DNA from: Microcoleus sp.
Lineage (GTDB): Bacteria; Cyanobacteriota; Cyanobacteriia; Cyanobacteriales; Microcoleaceae
Assembly (NCBI GenBank): GCA_052279835.1
Contig: CP181291.1
Span: 5,600,001 to 5,664,000 of the forward strand
DNA length: 64,000 bases
Direction: 5' to 3'
This document shows positions 60,745 to 64,000 of the stretch, in pieces. Both the position numbers and the translations under genes were made by a program. The notes beneath the pieces were generated by a model. The model did no database searches and was not told the DNA's origin. It saw only the letters and a program-made list of their open reading frames with translations. Positions within the stretch are counted from its first letter, which is position 1; the number at the start of each line of letters is the position of its first letter.

Positions 60745-61914
60745 ATGCCATTTTTGGAGCCATTCCAGTCAGCAATTCGCAATTTCAAATCTTTATTAAA
60801 ACAGCAGTTTGCAGTTCCAGTTAACACAAAAAATAGAATAGCCATTTCAACCACCCTTGCGCCTCATCACACTGGAATGCGCGGTGTCTGGATACCCAGC
60901 ACAGACTGCAAAGTTCTCACTTCAAAACAACGAATTGCAGAAGCAATGGATTTCCTTGCCGATACGGGATTTAATACAGTATTTCCTGTAGTCTGGAATC
61001 GAGGTTTTACCGCTTATCCTTCTCAAATTATGCGCGAACAATTTGGAGTGGAAATTGACTCGCGCTATCAAGGACGTGACCCCTTAGCAGAGTTAATTAT
61101 TGAAGCAAATAGAGTCGGTTTAAAAGTTATTCCTTGGTTTGAATACGGCTTTGTGAGTTCTTACAATCTCAACGGTGGTCATTTGCTGGCGAAAAAACCA
61201 GAGTGGGCGGCGCGCGATCGCACTGGAAATTTGCTGAAAAAGAATAATTTCGAGTGGATGAACTCTCTAGACCCCGAAGTGCAAGACTTTCTGCTAAGTT
61301 TGATACTGGAAGTTGCGAAAAATTATCCTGTCCATGGCGTTCAAGGAGACGATCGCATTGCGCTTCCTTGTGAAGGTGGTTATGATGCTAAAACTGTGGA
61401 AAACTATCGCCAACAGTGCGGGAGAGAACCGCCAGCCAATCCTAGGGAGCAACATTGGCTGCACTGGCGCGCTGATATTATTACTGAATTTGTAGCTCGT
61501 TTATACCGAGAATTGAAAGGGATTAATCCAGATTTATTGCTGTCGATGTCGCCTAGTCCTTATGAATGGGGACTGGTGGAATATTTGCAGGATTCTAAAA
61601 GTTGGGTAGACAGAAAGTTGGTGGATATGATTCACCCGCAATTCTACCGCCGTGATTTTAACAGTTATCAGCAATTAGTCGATCGACTGGTGGGACAACA
61701 GTTTAACACAGAGCAATTACAGTACGTCTCGCCCGGTATTCTGTTGGCGAATCGAGGTAGTTCTTATTGCATAACTCCCGAACTGTTGTTAGAGGTGATT
61801 GCTTACCACCGTTCTTGCGGTATTCACGGAGAAGTTTTGTTTTTTTATGAAGCTTTGCGCGATAATCACGATGCTTTAGCTAAATGCTTGAAAAATAATC
61901 AGTATTTTCACTGA
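60745..61914 (+). CDS. Glycoside hydrolase-like family 10 (DUF187/YddW-like); start may be 60877
   Basis: MRGVW, GFNTVFPVVW, DPLAELI, IPWFEYGF, VHGVQGDD, IHPQFYR. Confidence 0.85.
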   Translation: MPFLEPFQSAIRNFKSLLKQQFAVPVNTKNRIAISTTLAPHHTGMRGVWIPSTDCKVLTSKQRIAEAMDFLADTGFNTVFPVVWNRGFTAYPSQIMREQFGVEIDSRYQGRDPLAELIIEANRVGLKVIPWFEYGFVSSYNLNGGHLLAKKPEWAARDRTGNLLKKNNFEWMNSLDPEVQDFLLSLILEVAKNYPVHGVQGDDRIALPCEGGYDAKTVENYRQQCGREPPANPREQHWLHWRADIITEFVARLYRELKGINPDLLLSMSPSPYEWGLVEYLQDSKSWVDRKLVDMIHPQFYRRDFNSYQQLVDRLVGQQFNTEQLQYVSPGILLANRGSSYCITPELLLEVIAYHRSCGIHGEVLFFYEALRDNHDALAKCLKNNQYFH

Positions 61915-62587
61915 TACATTATAATTTTAATTTTACCAGCTTTACGGAGGGTGGAATGGTTGCCTCTCCAGTCGATCGCCTGCTATATTTGTGATATCAG
62001 GTAATACCAACTCGTCGGCTGCTGAAACCGTTCGATTCAACTATTGCGATCGGATTGGTAGTCAAACTCCAAAGCTGAGGGATCGGGTGCATTGTCGAAA
62101 AGACAAAATCAGCTTTGGGTGAAACGATTTTCGGTTTGGGATTTGGGATTCTCCCCACGCCTCAAGGCAAAAACTTGCAAATTTTAGACCCTTTCGGGTT
62201 CATCAGTGGACTGGGCAACTTTTTCACTTGGGATTTATGACAAGGATTAAAAGTATGTGCCAGTAACTGCAAATAATCCTTTGGAGGTTATCTAAAATTC
62301 CCAATTGGCCTGTCACTCTTTGAACAAAAATAAAAAAGTACAACTCTGTGCTTGTAATGTGTTATGGGAATAAAACACACTGTCTGCATCAATCTTTATC
62401 TCTTTTTACCTGAAGAAGACTTTTAGGAGTTGAAAAATAATTGGTGAGGAGTCATCAAACATCTAATTATTTCTGAGACATCCACCGAATTCAATTTGCG
62501 GTTTTTATCAAACATAAAATCTGATTAGTTGGCGGCTGTATGTCTTAGGAAATAGAAAGAAATGTCCGTTGTGGAGAGTGAAAAAAA

Positions 62588-64000
62588 GTGATAGATACTA
62601 GCAGAATACAGCGGTTGCATATTTCCAAACTTAACTTAGCCAAACAAGCAGGTGATAGAACCAATGAATCGGTTGATTGTTTGACTAATCAGGACGAATT
62701 AGCAAGAGGATTGCCAACCTTAAACCCGCAGGAAACACCTGTTTATAAGTCAGTTGTAAGCGATGACAATAATCGCAATTTTTCTGAACTGAAGTCTGGG
62801 CATATTCCTCAAAAACCCTGGGCTGGAGAAATAAATAGCCAAAAATCATTCAGGAATAAAATTGTCATAAATTCCTTGGGTAAAATCATCGAAACTTGCC
62901 AAAATCAAATCGGCAGTTGGGGCATCCATCAAAAAATTGGTAGGGGATATTTGTTGGCAATCGGCATCGGTTTTTTCGGTTCAATGAGTGGATTGGTAAT
63001 TGCCGACTACCACCAAGGACAAGGAGTAAAACAGCTCAATGATGCTCACCAACAAGCCCAATTGCTAGGCAATTTTAAAGATGCAACTCTCGCTGCACAT
63101 TTGCAGGGAACACAGCTAGATTCTTTTGTAGATAATTCTGCCCAATTGCAATTCCAAAAAGAGCAGTTGATTGCGAGTATTAATAAGGCGAAAAAACTGC
63201 GATCGCAAATAGAAACATTTGCCGACAGTAAACCAACTTGGCTGGCTGCAGAACCTGCGATTCTCAAGGCTTTATTGCAAGATTGCACAGCAGATTTAGA
63301 CTCCTACGCCACTACTCTCCAGTCTACCTTGCAGCAAATCGAGCGATCCTCTTCGAGGGCTTCGCTAACGCAATTATCACCGCAACAGATAGAATCAGCG
63401 CGAAAAATTTTGGCAATTGAAAGTGGATATGGTGCACAGCAACTCGATAGCCATTTTCAGGAATTGAGCAAAATTCTCGACATAGCCCAGCAGCAGGAAA
63501 GGCAAAGCGGTGTAGTGATGGAGAATGCCCAAGGCATCGAAAAAGCCATAATTATCATTAGTATGTTGCTGTCGGTAGCGGTGGCGGGAATTGTGGCGAG
63601 GCGCACCAGTAGGGCGATCGCCAAACCTGTCATCAGCGTCACCCAGGTGGCCGAACAAGTAGCCGCCGAGTCGAATTTTGACTTGCGAGTCCCTGTTACT
63701 TCTCAAGGCGAAATCGGCTCTCTGGCTGTGTCTCTCAATCACCTAATCGAGCGGGTTTCGGGACATACAAAAGAATTGGAACAAGCTAAGGAAGTTGCTG
63801 TCGCCGCTAACACTGCTAAAAGCCAGTTTTTAGCAAATATGACCCACGAATTGCGGACACCTTTACACGCGATTATCGGCTACAGTCAACTACTTTTAGA
63901 AGAGGCGCGGGATGGTGGGTATAAGGAGTTTGTACCAGACTTGGACAAGATTGAGAAAGCGGGGGCGCACCTGCTATCTTTGGTTAACGATATCCTCGAT
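62588..64000 (+). CDS. Membrane-bound HAMP sensor histidine kinase, 3'-truncated by the window edge (absent from the ORF track)
   Basis: Frame open from GTG 62588 to the window end: TM1 YLLAIGIGFFGS, TM2 IIIISMLLSVAVAGIV, HAMP GEIGSLAVSLN, H-box FLANMTHELRTPL. Confidence 0.9.
   Translation, partial: MIDTSRIQRLHISKLNLAKQAGDRTNESVDCLTNQDELARGLPTLNPQETPVYKSVVSDDNNRNFSELKSGHIPQKPWAGEINSQKSFRNKIVINSLGKIIETCQNQIGSWGIHQKIGRGYLLAIGIGFFGSMSGLVIADYHQGQGVKQLNDAHQQAQLLGNFKDATLAAHLQGTQLDSFVDNSAQLQFQKEQLIASINKAKKLRSQIETFADSKPTWLAAEPAILKALLQDCTADLDSYATTLQSTLQQIERSSSRASLTQLSPQQIESARKILAIESGYGAQQLDSHFQELSKILDIAQQQERQSGVVMENAQGIEKAIIIISMLLSVAVAGIVARRTSRAIAKPVISVTQVAEQVAAESNFDLRVPVTSQGEIGSLAVSLNHLIERVSGHTKELEQAKEVAVAANTAKSQFLANMTHELRTPLHAIIGYSQLLLEEARDGGYKEFVPDLDKIEKAGAHLLSLVNDILD
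63348..63368 (-). mobile_element. 21-bp SDR5-like insertion splitting a HIP1 site in frame
   Basis: Minus strand GCG[TTAGCGAAGCCCTCGAAGAGG]ATCGC; removing the insert restores GCGATCGC. Confidence 0.88.

Noticed and set aside
60335..60775. Possible CRISPR array, or the 146-aa minus-strand ORF
   Set aside because: Tandem identical units without spacers; the ORF is only a translation of the repeat.
61915..62545. Long intergenic region before the kinase
   Set aside because: No convincing ORF, repeat or RNA structure was found by eye.

Overview
Mostly core-genome window from a filamentous cyanobacterium. Abundant HIP1 GCGATCGC octamers and heptameric STRR arrays suggest Oscillatoriales/Microcoleaceae (inference). 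Genes in order: 3' part of glgB; an exopolysaccharide-related block (GT2, HpsJ-like, RfaE2, MBOAT); a sulfurtransferase; glmU; tRNA-Ala(CGC); an NtcA-type urtABC-(AIM24/TIGR00266)-urtDE urea transporter operon; DUF4335/DUF3038; a CPA2 antiporter; rpsB-tsf; recG; prmC; tic22; tRNA-Leu(CAA) overlapping the end of an M48 peptidase gene; murA; smc; a PRC-barrel gene and a DinG-like helicase gene, both frameshifted at short homopolymers; three tandem paralogous pentapeptide-repeat genes; tyrA; a KimA/YdaO-like permease; a solitary rtcB preceded by an operator-like palindrome and a candidate structured leader RNA; an ABC exporter; ccmS; an accessory NACHT-HEAT gene bracketed by inverted repeats; an AAA-GGDEF gene; metK; a GHL10 hydrolase; and the 5' part of a HAMP histidine kinase missing from the ORF track. 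Intergenic DNA is dense with tiny mobile repeats: MITEs with target-site duplications, nested REP-like doublets, IS200/IS605-like end hairpins, and identical 21-bp insertions in HIP1 sites inside two unrelated genes. No transposase, CRISPR array or prophage was found. Family assignments come from motif recognition, not database searches.
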